Below, in pieces: positions 1-9,518 of a DNA stretch of 64,000 bases (position 1 is the first letter of the stretch; each line of letters opens with the position of its first letter). The stretch lies in NCBI GenBank assembly GCA_963796455.1, contig CAWCLO010000004.1, positions 448,001-512,000 of the forward strand. Reading direction: 5' to 3'. The translations under genes and the position numbers were made by a program. This DNA comes from Candidatus Sulfomarinibacteraceae bacterium (GTDB lineage Bacteria > Acidobacteriota > Thermoanaerobaculia > Thermoanaerobaculales > Sulfomarinibacteraceae). The notes below the pieces were generated by a model. That model was not told where the DNA came from. It did no database searches and saw nothing but the letters and a program-made list of their open reading frames with translations.

Positions 1-1
1 C

Positions 2-877
2 GTTCGTCCGGATGCGACGATCGCTGCCGGTCTCGGGAAATCTCTGCAAGCGGGCTTCGAGGTCTTCAATATGGGTGTTCTGGCCTATGGGCCGGATCAA
101 TCTCTGGTTTCGCTGGAGCAGGACGGTACGGGATTGAATCCCGACATGGTTATCCTTGGGATCTTTCCAGCCAACGATTTTCAGGACAACATACGAAGCG
201 GGATGTATTCTCTCGACGGCGGCGGCCGACTCTTTCGCAACAAAGAGAATATCGTGAGCAAAAACGTTCCCCGCTTTCGTACGTGCTTCTTGTTGAATCA
301 CCTCCAGTTCCTGGTTCAACCGAAAATCGACCCTCATCACCGCGTTCTGAGCAGAAACCACGAAGTCCTCATGCATCACCTGTTTGCGGATTTTTACGAC
401 ACGGAACTGCTGCTGAAACCTGGGTCGGAAGAGGCAAAAAATAGCATTGAATTGATGAGGTCTATTCTCGCTCGTTTTCAAGAAGTAACGCGTGCCATAG
501 GATCGGAATTCGCGGTTGTTATCATTCCTTCTTATCTCAATATCGTGGAAGAATCTCAGTTCCTTGAGTTGACTGAAAACCGGGAACATTTCGAAGAGGT
601 TCGAAATAGCGAAGATGGTTTTTTTGCGCCGGAAAACATTACCGCCCGGTTGTGCGACGAGCTGGAAATCCCATATCTCAATCTTTATCCGGATTTTATG
701 GGCTTTGATGAAGAAGGACGTGCCTCGCTCTACGATCCCTCGGATTGGCACCTGAGTGAGTTTGGCAATCACTATGCGGGTGAGCTCGTGGCGGCGACCC
801 TCGTCGCGCCACGGCTGTCGGGATCTGTTGTGGGTCTGAGGGCATCGCCGCGCCGACCGCGTGTGCCCTGGCTCTAA
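2..877 (+). CDS. SGNH/GDSL hydrolase family protein, 5'-partial
   Basis: Frame open from base 2; motifs NMGVLAYG, GIFPANDFQDN and DWHLS match SGNH blocks II, III and V. Confidence 0.75.
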   Translation, partial: VRPDATIAAGLGKSLQAGFEVFNMGVLAYGPDQSLVSLEQDGTGLNPDMVILGIFPANDFQDNIRSGMYSLDGGGRLFRNKENIVSKNVPRFRTCFLLNHLQFLVQPKIDPHHRVLSRNHEVLMHHLFADFYDTELLLKPGSEEAKNSIELMRSILARFQEVTRAIGSEFAVVIIPSYLNIVEESQFLELTENREHFEEVRNSEDGFFAPENITARLCDELEIPYLNLYPDFMGFDEEGRASLYDPSDWHLSEFGNHYAGELVAATLVAPRLSGSVVGLRASPRRPRVPWL

Positions 878-1050
878 GAGATATCCTCAGAGGCGCCTTG
901 ATCCGCGAGTGATGGCTCCTCCGGTTGCCTCTTTCAGGCACCCCTCCAAATCTGTTCACGCATCTTGTTGACAGACCGTTTCATTGCATTCGCCGCCTGT
1001 CCGGGACGGTTGGGTCGAGTTTGATTGTTCGACTGTGCGAGGATTGCGCT

Positions 1051-2013
1051 ATGAAAAATGTGTGGGGCCTGTTGATCCTCTCTGTCCTGGCAGTTCTGGT
1101 TGTGGGCTCAGCTCGTTCGTCCGATAAGCTGCACTGGGTGGATCGGGTCATGGCCATCACGATCGATGATCTGCCGGTTGCCCAACCGAGCTGGCACACG
1201 GATGAACAGATGGATCGGGTCACGAACGATCTCCTCGAGACCCTCAAACAGCATCGAGTGCCTGCAGTAGGCTTCGTCAATGAACGCAAACTCGAGGTCG
1301 AGGGTGAGCTCGACCCGTTTCGGCTGCGGATTCTGAAGAGATGGCTGACTGCCGGCTTCGAGCTTGGCAACCACGGTTATGCCCACCTCGACCTGCACCG
1401 GGTGCCGCCGGATGAATGGATGGCGGATGTGGTGCGCGGTGAAACGCAGACGAAGAACATTCTCGAGGCCTCGGGCCGGGAACTCCGCTATTTCCGCCAC
1501 CCATTCCTCCACACCGGGATGAGTGTGGAGGTTCAGGGGGCGACTTCGACCTTCCTGGCGTCGCGCGGCTACACCGTGGCGCCTGTCACCATCGACAACA
1601 GCGAGTGGGTTTATGGACGTGCATACCGTAATGCCTACAACACCGGGGACGAGGAACTCATGGAGCGCCTCGGCCGCGACTATCTCCGCTACATGCTGGA
1701 TGTGGTGCGTTTTTATGAGGGTCAGAGCGTGGCGATCGTCGGTCGGGCCATCCCACAGGTCTTGCTGATTCATGCCTACGCTTTGAATGCGGACTGGCTG
1801 GGCGGGCTGCTCGAGGAACTCGAAGCTCGAGGATATGGCTGGATCAGCCTCGAGGAGGCACTGAACGACCCGATCTACGATCATCCGGTGGATGGTTGGA
1901 CGGGTCGTGGGGGCATCACCTGGCTGCACCGGTGGGCGATCACCGACGATCTCGATCGATCGATCTTCAAGGGTGAGCCCGAGGTCCCGGCCTGGGTCGA
2001 AGAGATTCCGTAG
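1051..2013 (+). CDS. Secreted polysaccharide deacetylase (CE4/NodB)
   Basis: ITIDDLP, GNHGYAH, YFRHPF and LLIHA motifs; signal peptide after ATG 1051. Confidence 0.9.
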   Translation: MKNVWGLLILSVLAVLVVGSARSSDKLHWVDRVMAITIDDLPVAQPSWHTDEQMDRVTNDLLETLKQHRVPAVGFVNERKLEVEGELDPFRLRILKRWLTAGFELGNHGYAHLDLHRVPPDEWMADVVRGETQTKNILEASGRELRYFRHPFLHTGMSVEVQGATSTFLASRGYTVAPVTIDNSEWVYGRAYRNAYNTGDEELMERLGRDYLRYMLDVVRFYEGQSVAIVGRAIPQVLLIHAYALNADWLGGLLEELEARGYGWISLEEALNDPIYDHPVDGWTGRGGITWLHRWAITDDLDRSIFKGEPEVPAWVEEIP

Positions 2014-2619
2014 TTAGCGTTTCGATTGCAGGTCTTCCGCAAACAACCTGACGGCCTCTTCCTGTTCCGGTGTCTCCACCGATCCCGGACGGAGCTCGCG
2101 GAGCGTTGCAATGGCTTCATCTGCCGTTGCGCCTTTCGAAACCAGGTAAGCCGCCGCCATCGTGCCAGACCTCCCGAGGCCCGCAGTGCAATGGACCCCC
2201 ACTGGGTCTCCGGCTGCCGCGGATGCCTCGACCAATGCCGTGAACTCGATCATCTGTTGGAGGGTCGGTGGCGTGTAGTCCTCTACTGGAAAATGTTCCT
2301 GGCGGATCGCGTTCGAAGCCAGGATTTCGCCATCGGGTCGTTCATCGGTCAGTGAAACGAGAACTGTGATTCCCTCCTGCTCGAGGAATGCCGCGTCCTG
2401 ATCAAGAGGCCGGTTTCGACCCGGTAACGGCATCGCCGCCAGTTCTCCAGGTACGACCCAGGAGAAGCCCTCCGATGGCGGCAACGGTTCCGTTGAAACG
2501 GGGGCCTTGGTGTCGTCGTGGGCCTGGTCGCTCGGGGTTGTAGGGTCTTGCGCGTCTCCGCATCCCAGAAGCAATGCGACAGCCACGGCGGCCAAGAGTG
2601 ATTTTTCAAAGTATTTCAT
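2014..2619 (-). CDS. Dual-specificity (CX5R) protein phosphatase, predicted lipoprotein
   Basis: VHCTAGLGRSG P-loop, general-acid D in VEDYTPP, RPGSVET; lipobox LLGC. Confidence 0.85.
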   Translation of the reverse strand: MKYFEKSLLAAVAVALLLGCGDAQDPTTPSDQAHDDTKAPVSTEPLPPSEGFSWVVPGELAAMPLPGRNRPLDQDAAFLEQEGITVLVSLTDERPDGEILASNAIRQEHFPVEDYTPPTLQQMIEFTALVEASAAAGDPVGVHCTAGLGRSGTMAAAYLVSKGATADEAIATLRELRPGSVETPEQEEAVRLFAEDLQSKR

Positions 2620-2661
2620 CGTGAACGCAATGTACCACCACCGGGTGGCAAGGCGGAGCCC

Positions 2662-3009
2662 TCAAGATGGGCGGCTGAGGATGAAGGTCAGGACGATCAC
2701 CCCGATCGCCAGCGCCACCGCGCTCCATGGAAGATCGAGGCGAATCACTGAAATCGAGATCGAGGCGACTACGGTGATGACCGCGACGATTTTTGCTCGC
2801 CGGCTGATCACCCCGTGCTCTCGCCAATCATGAATCATGGGCCCGAAGCGCGGGTGCTCGTGAAGCCACGAGTGAAACCTCTCCGAGCCGCGCGAATAAC
2901 ACGCGGCTGCCAGCAGGACGAAGGGAGTCGTCGGCAGAAGCGGGACGAAGATTCCGATGAATCCCAGGGCCATGCTCAGGTGGCCGATGAGGAGGTAGGT
3001 CAATCGCAT
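2662..3009 (-). CDS. ybaN: YbaN/DUF454 inner membrane protein
   Basis: GIFVPLLPTTPFVLLAAAC...S.RF..WL..HP.FG signature. Confidence 0.9.
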   Translation of the reverse strand: MRLTYLLIGHLSMALGFIGIFVPLLPTTPFVLLAAACYSRGSERFHSWLHEHPRFGPMIHDWREHGVISRRAKIVAVITVVASISISVIRLDLPWSAVALAIGVIVLTFILSRPS

Positions 3010-3110
3010 GCGAAGGGGTCAACCGAGAGCCAGGCCCGGATCTTCCGGCCGTTTGGTCGGATTGGTGAAACTCGGGAAATCTGCGGTCCTCCCTCGGTGT
3101 TTCAATTTAT

Positions 3111-3536
3111 ATGAAACGAATCTTTTTCGCGCTGGTTGGTCTGACAGTCTTTGGCGGAATTATGTGGCTGATGATCGGTGAGCTCGAAACGGGAGCGGCC
3201 CCCCGAGACGAACCACCGGCGGTCATCTTGAGGGCGCCGGCTGAGTTCGACGTGGAGAATATGGGCCCCTCTTCGATCGATATCGCGGCGCGGGCCATGG
3301 TCGATTGGAAGGGAAACCGGATCGGTTTCGAATGGACTCAAGAAGGGGACAGAGTGATCCTCCTCGTCGATCGTGAGGCCGGGAAGGTCATCGAGATGCG
3401 AGCCGCCCGCTCCGGCACCATCGTCGAACGGACCTGGGAGGGAGACGTCGAGCAACGCCTTCTGTGGGCGGCACAAAATGGCAACCTCGACGCACCGGGG
3501 CTGCCATCGGCGACCGGCAAGAACCTGTATCACTGA
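3111..3536 (+). CDS. Hypothetical membrane-anchored protein
   Basis: N-terminal hydrophobic helix, protein-like composition; no family recognised. Confidence 0.6.
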   Translation: MKRIFFALVGLTVFGGIMWLMIGELETGAAPRDEPPAVILRAPAEFDVENMGPSSIDIAARAMVDWKGNRIGFEWTQEGDRVILLVDREAGKVIEMRAARSGTIVERTWEGDVEQRLLWAAQNGNLDAPGLPSATGKNLYH

Positions 3537-3541
3537 CAACG

Positions 3542-3667
3542 CTTGCCCAAGAAAGAGTCGCGGATAGCGTACTGCGACAGCGACGGGGATCGGCAGACAG
3601 CGTCGGCGAACGGTAGTCAGCGGCAGCGATCAAGGACGGCGCCAGCGAACGGCACTCACTTCTTCGA
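3542..3667. repeat. Dispersed non-coding repeat, copy A (copy B at 41710-41836)
   Basis: Core 3593-3667 aligns to 41761-41836 at 63/76 identities by hand; weaker similarity extends about 50 nt upstream. Confidence 0.8.
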
Positions 3668-3932
3668 GGCTCCGGCCTTTGTGGTGCGGCCGTCTCGGCC
3701 GCACGGTGTGCAGGCGAGACGCTTACACCACAACGGCTGTTCCTTCTGTTGAACGACCCGGAGGTGGCCACGCCGTCACGGTATCTGATCGCCGCCCCTG
3801 ATCGCTGCTGCTGAACACTGATCGCTGGTTCCTGACGCTGGTCCCTGGCCCTGTCGCCGTCGCCGCTGTCTTGGACGGCTCTGATACTCGATCCTTGCCC
3901 ACCCAGAAAACCTGATGCCGATCGGTGTGTGA

Positions 3933-3967
3933 ATCGAGCATCGAGCATCGAGTATCCAGAATCTCGT
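3933..3967. repeat. Degenerate 7-bp tandem repeat (ATCGAGC-type, 5 units)
   Basis: atcgagc atcgagc atcgagt atccaga atctcgt. Confidence 0.6.
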
Positions 3968-4087
3968 CGCGAACGAGATAGAAGGGGAATCGGCCGGGAT
4001 TCCCGGTTCTGAGCGAAACAATTTTCGCCCGCCGTGTGTTGGTTTTCGTGAGGCCCGAATGATCGCTACCGAATTGGAAGGAAATTG

Positions 4088-4516
4088 ATGGACATCAAAA
4101 AACTCTTCACGGTGCCTGCCAACCCGGCCGGTGCAGACATTTCGCTGCTCCTGCTCCGATTGGTCGCCGGCTCCGCCATGATGCTGCACGGGTGGGGAAA
4201 GATCCAGAACCCGTTTGGCTGGATGGGGGAGGGTGCCTGGGCGCCCGGTGTGTTTCAGGCGCTTGCAGCGCTTTCCGAATTTGGCGGCGGACTTGCCTGG
4301 GTCATCGGGCTTCTGACTCCCCTGGCGTCCATGGGCATCGGCTCGACGATGGCGGTCGCTTTCTATTCCCACGCCATTCTTCGTGGTGACCCCTTTGTGG
4401 GGCGCGGCGGTTCTTTCGAAAAGGCGGTGTTGTTTCTGTGTATCGCCCTGGTCCTCTTTGCGATCGGACCTGGACGGTTTTCGCTCGACCGGGTCCTTTT
4501 CGGCCGCCGAACCTGA
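4088..4516 (+). CDS. DoxX family membrane protein
   Basis: LLLRLVAG...HGWGK...SEFGGG...GLLT...GPGRFSLD. Confidence 0.92.
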   Translation: MDIKKLFTVPANPAGADISLLLLRLVAGSAMMLHGWGKIQNPFGWMGEGAWAPGVFQALAALSEFGGGLAWVIGLLTPLASMGIGSTMAVAFYSHAILRGDPFVGRGGSFEKAVLFLCIALVLFAIGPGRFSLDRVLFGRRT

Positions 4517-4787
4517 ATTCATTTTTTAATTTTCCCGTTGCCCCACGGTGGTAGACGACGGGATCAATCGCTGATCGCCGTCCCCAGGGTCCTCAGTGAG
4601 GTTTTGTGGGCATCGTCTCAATCCGGGACACCTTGATCCGACCGACATGTCAACGAGGTGTATTCGGCGCCTGCACCCGTCTCAAAGTGGAGTCGATTCT
4701 GGCATTGGACTTGCAACTCAGTTCAATCCAGAAGAGTTTTCGCTTGAAATCTGAACCGGAATCATCGGACGGAAAGGCGGGCGGTTG

Positions 4788-6404
4788 ATGAAACGATTGG
4801 AAATTTTCTGGGTTTTATTGCTCCTGGTCCTGCTTCCGTCGGCTTCCGCTCTGTCGCAGGGCGTGGATCGCGACGGGCTCCAGAACGCCATGGACTCGGT
4901 GGTCTTTCTGAAGATGAACCGGTCATTCGGACACGCCTACTTCACCACATCAGGCACCGGCTTCTTCGTCCACCAGGACGGCTATGTAATCACCAATTGG
5001 CACGTGGTTGCGGACACGGTCGAAATGAGGATGGATGGCGTAGTCCGGGATATCAACGCCAAGGTCCTCGACCTCGAGGTCGTTCTGCACAGCGGCACCT
5101 CAAAAGAGAGGGTACTGCCGGCGAAAGTTGTCGCCCTCGACCGCAAACGTGATCTCGCCCTTCTTTCGGTCTCGGTGAAGGCGCCGGCCTGGCTCGATGT
5201 CTCCGAACCACACGAAGCCCGGATCACCGACCGGGTGTGGGTCCCGGGTTTTCCGCTTGGCGACACCCTGGCGCTCGGTCAGGACAGCAGGACGGTGGGT
5301 TTTGAGCGCAACCCGGAACTCACGGTCAATTCGGGGTTGGTGACCTCGTTGCGGCGTGATGACAGCGGCAAACAGGTCATGGTGCAGACCGATGCTGCGG
5401 TCAATCCGGGAAATTCCGGTGGGCCGCTGGTGAATGATGCGGGAGTCGTGGTCGGTGTGGTCAACGCCAAGATCATGCGTTCTGAGGGGCTCGGCTTTGC
5501 GATCTCACCCGCCCTCCTCGACGAGTTCGTGAGTTCGAAGGCCGCCACCATATCCTTCGACCCGGGTGTGATCTCCCTGCCTCCCGCACCGATCAGAGTC
5601 AAGGTCAAACCGACTCTGGCGGCCCTCGGTGGCAATCTTTCCGGCGAGGTCGTCCTTGAAGGCGATGATATCCGACCGGTGAAGCAACAACTCGAGCTCG
5701 GGGACGACGGCGTGTGGACCGGTGTCCTGCCGGCGACTGCGCCGATTGACGGATCCGAGCCTCCCAAAAACTATGTCGCTCAGGTCACCTTTTCGGATGC
5801 GAGCGGGCGGACCGTGATGCGGCGCCGTTTTCGGCTGCAAAACGTCGCCGCGACCTCGCCTCAACTCAGAGGCGAGCGCGATCCGGTCAACGTGATGGCG
5901 GATCGCCACGACTTTGCCAACGAACGAAATATGAACCGGAGCAGCACGAGATCGAAGCAGGGCGGAAAGAGTTCGCTCTCCGACTACGCCAAAAAACACA
6001 AGGTGAGTGAAGACGGTAAGAAAGTCGTGATCGATCAGAAACTCGTGACCGAGATGGGGAACCCGTTGCTCCGAAAACTACCGGATGAACGCTACGAAGC
6101 GCTCGGCGATGCGACTGTTCGCGAAACCATCAAAAGATATGACATCTGCCGTCTGGCCAAGAAAGAGCTCGAACGAGCGACCGAAAATGTGGAGAAGTAC
6201 GAGAACGATCCCAACTACCAGATGAGGCGCGAGGCGGCCCGGGTCAAAGGAGAGGTCGCCAAGTGGTGGGATCCGGTCATGATCTGCTACGAGAAATATC
6301 GCCACCGGGCAGTCACCGCGGGAGTCCTCTTCTGTCACGATGACGACCGCTGGTATTACCGGCAGGCAGTGCCATCCGAGTGTCGCTGGCCCGAGGAACC
6401 GTAG
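4788..6404 (+). CDS. Secreted S1C trypsin-like serine protease with long C-terminal extension
   Basis: SGTGFF, TNWHVV, RDLAL, QTDAAVNPGNSGGPL catalytic motifs; signal peptide; no obvious PDZ domain. Confidence 0.88.
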   Translation: MKRLEIFWVLLLLVLLPSASALSQGVDRDGLQNAMDSVVFLKMNRSFGHAYFTTSGTGFFVHQDGYVITNWHVVADTVEMRMDGVVRDINAKVLDLEVVLHSGTSKERVLPAKVVALDRKRDLALLSVSVKAPAWLDVSEPHEARITDRVWVPGFPLGDTLALGQDSRTVGFERNPELTVNSGLVTSLRRDDSGKQVMVQTDAAVNPGNSGGPLVNDAGVVVGVVNAKIMRSEGLGFAISPALLDEFVSSKAATISFDPGVISLPPAPIRVKVKPTLAALGGNLSGEVVLEGDDIRPVKQQLELGDDGVWTGVLPATAPIDGSEPPKNYVAQVTFSDASGRTVMRRRFRLQNVAATSPQLRGERDPVNVMADRHDFANERNMNRSSTRSKQGGKSSLSDYAKKHKVSEDGKKVVIDQKLVTEMGNPLLRKLPDERYEALGDATVRETIKRYDICRLAKKELERATENVEKYENDPNYQMRREAARVKGEVAKWWDPVMICYEKYRHRAVTAGVLFCHDDDRWYYRQAVPSECRWPEEP

Positions 6405-6471
6405 GCAGGCCAAAAAATCGTCTCGGGAGTTTTCCAACGACCCTTCTTGGGCGCTGAAGTGGAAGAGCCGA

Positions 6472-7347
6472 CTACCTTGCGGCTGCTTCGCTCAACACCT
6501 CTTCGAATGGCTCCGGCGAGTGGGTCTGACGGCTCGGTTCGCGATTCTCGAGGTCATATCGATCCCCAGGGGCGAGAAAATAGAATCTCCCGTTCTTGGA
6601 CGTGATCCTGTTGGAATCGTAGATCGCCACGTAGCCCTGGCCGATCACCTCGAAGTTGTCACCGCGGACGACGATGGCAGTGTTCTCATCGAGCCCGATG
6701 CCGAGCAGTTGCGGGTGGGCGTCGATCACTTCGAGAAGATCGAACTGTCGGTTGCGGCGTAGCAGATGCTGATCGATTCCCACATTGGTGAGAAACCCGA
6801 AGCCCTCTTTGTGGTCACCCATCATGATGGTATTGGTTGAGGAATCGCCCCGTACCAGATAGCTGCCCTGGATGGTGGCGCCTGCCGACGACCCACCGAT
6901 CACGCCACCTCTCTCGAGTACCCCACGGATCTCGGCGAGGGTTCTGGTGCCGGCATAGGCGTCCACCAGGCGCCACTGCCTGCCGCCGGAGAACCAGACG
7001 CCCTTTGCTAGCCGCAGCGGTGCCACGAACGATTCGGTGTTGGCGACCTCGGGATCGTAGGTGTGGAGCACCGTAATGTTGGTTGCACCGGCATCGCGGA
7101 GACGTCGCAATCCGGGCCAGTACTGGTCGTAGGTGTCGCCGCCACCCGCGGTTGGTATTACCACGATGGGAGCGTTGCCCCCTCCTGCGAGCGCGACGAA
7201 GCGTTCGTAAATGGCCGGGTCGGTGACGCCGCCTCCGGCCACAACGAGCATGCCCCGGTCCGGTCCGACCTCCGCTCCAAAGATGGGAACGGCTGCGCAG
7301 AGCAGGAGAATTGACGTAATTGCAATCGGGGTTTCTTTCGTTTTCAT
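6472..7347 (-). CDS. Cyanophycinase-like peptidase (S51), secreted
   Basis: GGG, IPTA, FSGGRQ, GSSAGA, IDQH, GLDENT motifs; start at ATG 7347 followed by a signal peptide. Confidence 0.9.
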   Translation of the reverse strand: MKTKETPIAITSILLLCAAVPIFGAEVGPDRGMLVVAGGGVTDPAIYERFVALAGGGNAPIVVIPTAGGGDTYDQYWPGLRRLRDAGATNITVLHTYDPEVANTESFVAPLRLAKGVWFSGGRQWRLVDAYAGTRTLAEIRGVLERGGVIGGSSAGATIQGSYLVRGDSSTNTIMMGDHKEGFGFLTNVGIDQHLLRRNRQFDLLEVIDAHPQLLGIGLDENTAIVVRGDNFEVIGQGYVAIYDSNRITSKNGRFYFLAPGDRYDLENREPSRQTHSPEPFEEVLSEAAAR

Positions 7348-7357
7348 GATGTCCTCG

Positions 7358-8884
7358 TCAGTCCTTGCGGTAGATGGGATAGAGGTCTTCGGGCACGTTC
7401 TCATACTCGAGTTTGCTGAGGTCTGCGGGGCCCAATCCCGGTGCGTCGATCTCGATGATGGCTCCGGCCAGCCCGGTCTCGTGAAAGCCTCTCCTGAAAT
7501 GCACTCTGGTCTTGAGGGAGATGATTTCGCAGTCGGAGAGAGCGATATCGAGGCTGTCGAAGATCCCCCTCGTCGTGACCTGATGAAGCTCCGGGGTGAT
7601 GATGATCCTGTTGTTCCGGTCCAAAAGCAGTACTGCGATCTGATCGAAATGACCGTACTCTCCGAGGTATTCGATGGTGCCGTGGAGAGGCACCGGGTTG
7701 CCGGCGTATTCATCTGCATACCCTCCCACCTCCACCGAGACCTCGTCGCCCACCGCGGATTTTTCGGCGATGATTTCGAGGGCCCTGTGGTCGGAGATCG
7801 TGGCGATGCAGAAATTTTCGGCCTGTTGCTTGATGAGCGCTTCGAGGATGTGGGTCGAGTTCCCGGTCCGATCGGCGTGATCCGCGATCACAACCGGGGT
7901 TTTGCCCGCCTTGGCTGCGCTGATCGCCTTGGCGACGCCCTCGACGGTTTTGGGGAGCACGCGGCCTGCGAAATCGGCGCGGACCCTCCAGATGTATTCG
8001 GCCATGTCGTCGGCTATGCGGTCGGCCAACTCCTGATCGTCATTGGTCATGACACTCACCGTCGCTCCTGCGTCGGGAACGTCGGCGTACGCGAATCCGA
8101 AAAAGACCGAGACAAATGCATCAGGCGTCCGACACTCCCATCGTCTTGCGCGTTCCATGATGTCTCGGGCCGGGGAAACCCCGGTTCCCTGATAGACACT
8201 CGGGGTGATCACGCCGGGCTTCCTGGTGGCTTTGGTGGGTTTGTAGGTGCCGCGGATGACGCGTAGGAGGTATCGCGCGGCCCGTTCGCCCTGCAATCGA
8301 GCATCGTAGTGTGGATATCGCTTCACGGTGAAGGTGCCGTCCGCGACCTCGAGAAACTCCTGGTCCTCGTTGCCGTGCAGATCGAAGGTCGCGACGATCG
8401 GGATGTCCCCGACAACCGCCCGCACCCGACGCGCGATCTCGGCCTCGGGTCTTGGGACGCCGGTCACCGCCATCGCTCCATGCAGGGCGAGAAAGACCCC
8501 GTCGAAAGGGCCGTTTTCTTTCAGATCTCTGACGATGCCACCGGTATATTTGTCAAAAGCCTCTTTGGTAATCCAGCTGCCCGACGACCCCCCGACCGCG
8601 TTGCGCGGCGACAGGATCCCAACGAGTTCCACGCCTTGAAATTCCCGAATCTGTCCCACAAAGCCTCGAATATATGACCCGCTCTCGAGTACCGCGTCGC
8701 CTCGGACCGGTGGACCATAGAATTCCCATTCTTCGATTCCGGTGGGTCGTGGACAGAAGGTGCAGGTCTCGTGAGAAAAGGCGGCGACGCCGATTCTCAC
8801 GGCATTCGGGATCTCAGCCTCGCCAGACCACGACGCAAAGGGAAGGATGAGCGAGAGCACGACGGTGATGACGGCACACTTCAT
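7358..8884 (-). CDS. M81 family metallopeptidase (MlrC-like), secreted
   Basis: HETCTF, LHGAM, DLHGN, YPHYD motifs; signal peptide. Confidence 0.9.
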   Translation of the reverse strand: MKCAVITVVLSLILPFASWSGEAEIPNAVRIGVAAFSHETCTFCPRPTGIEEWEFYGPPVRGDAVLESGSYIRGFVGQIREFQGVELVGILSPRNAVGGSSGSWITKEAFDKYTGGIVRDLKENGPFDGVFLALHGAMAVTGVPRPEAEIARRVRAVVGDIPIVATFDLHGNEDQEFLEVADGTFTVKRYPHYDARLQGERAARYLLRVIRGTYKPTKATRKPGVITPSVYQGTGVSPARDIMERARRWECRTPDAFVSVFFGFAYADVPDAGATVSVMTNDDQELADRIADDMAEYIWRVRADFAGRVLPKTVEGVAKAISAAKAGKTPVVIADHADRTGNSTHILEALIKQQAENFCIATISDHRALEIIAEKSAVGDEVSVEVGGYADEYAGNPVPLHGTIEYLGEYGHFDQIAVLLLDRNNRIIITPELHQVTTRGIFDSLDIALSDCEIISLKTRVHFRRGFHETGLAGAIIEIDAPGLGPADLSKLEYENVPEDLYPIYRKD

Positions 8885-9021
8885 AAAAACCCCCAGACGA
8901 TCAGCCCGATGATCTTATCCCTTCGATCGGCGGGGTGTCAGCAGGTCGGCGGTCTGAGCGAGGATTTGAAAGCAAGACCGGCGAAGTTCCCGTGGGTGAT
9001 GCAGACCGCCACGGCAAGGGG

Positions 9022-9444
9022 TCATCCAGTTTTCAGTTCGTGCTTCAACGTCCTGTCGATGGCCCACAGGATCTTGTCGATCAGCAGCTGCTGTTCGAAG
9101 ACCGTCTCCATCATCACCTTCAGTGGCAATAGCCGAACATGTGACGCGGCGTCCAGATTGACCGTCTTCATCGACCAGTCGGGGAAGCGGCGCTCCTGAA
9201 TGTCCTGCTCGAGATTGAGCACCACGAGATCGGTGTGGCGCGAATCGGCTGCAATCGCTCCATAGATCTGATCCACCGCCTCGGCGGGGCCTTCCAGAAT
9301 CTGAAAAAAGATGCCACCGGAGGTCATCAAGACTCCGGTGACCCCGGCTTTCTGGTTTTTCTCGGCTGCGAGTCTGCCGAGATCGTCGAGTTCTGTTTCG
9401 GAGAAGGGTTTCGCAAAACGACTGACATAGGTGATTTGTTTCAT
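9022..9444 (-). CDS. BLUF blue-light sensor protein
   Basis: ITYVSR (Tyr), N..AGVTGVL, FFQILEG (Gln), DSRH, RRFPDWSM (Trp, Met). Confidence 0.93.
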   Translation of the reverse strand: MKQITYVSRFAKPFSETELDDLGRLAAEKNQKAGVTGVLMTSGGIFFQILEGPAEAVDQIYGAIAADSRHTDLVVLNLEQDIQERRFPDWSMKTVNLDAASHVRLLPLKVMMETVFEQQLLIDKILWAIDRTLKHELKTG

Positions 9445-9518
9445 ATACTTCGGATCCTAACGGTCACCGCGCCGAAGGTCAACGGACGGGGGTATGATCG
9501 CCGATGCGCCGGTGATCG

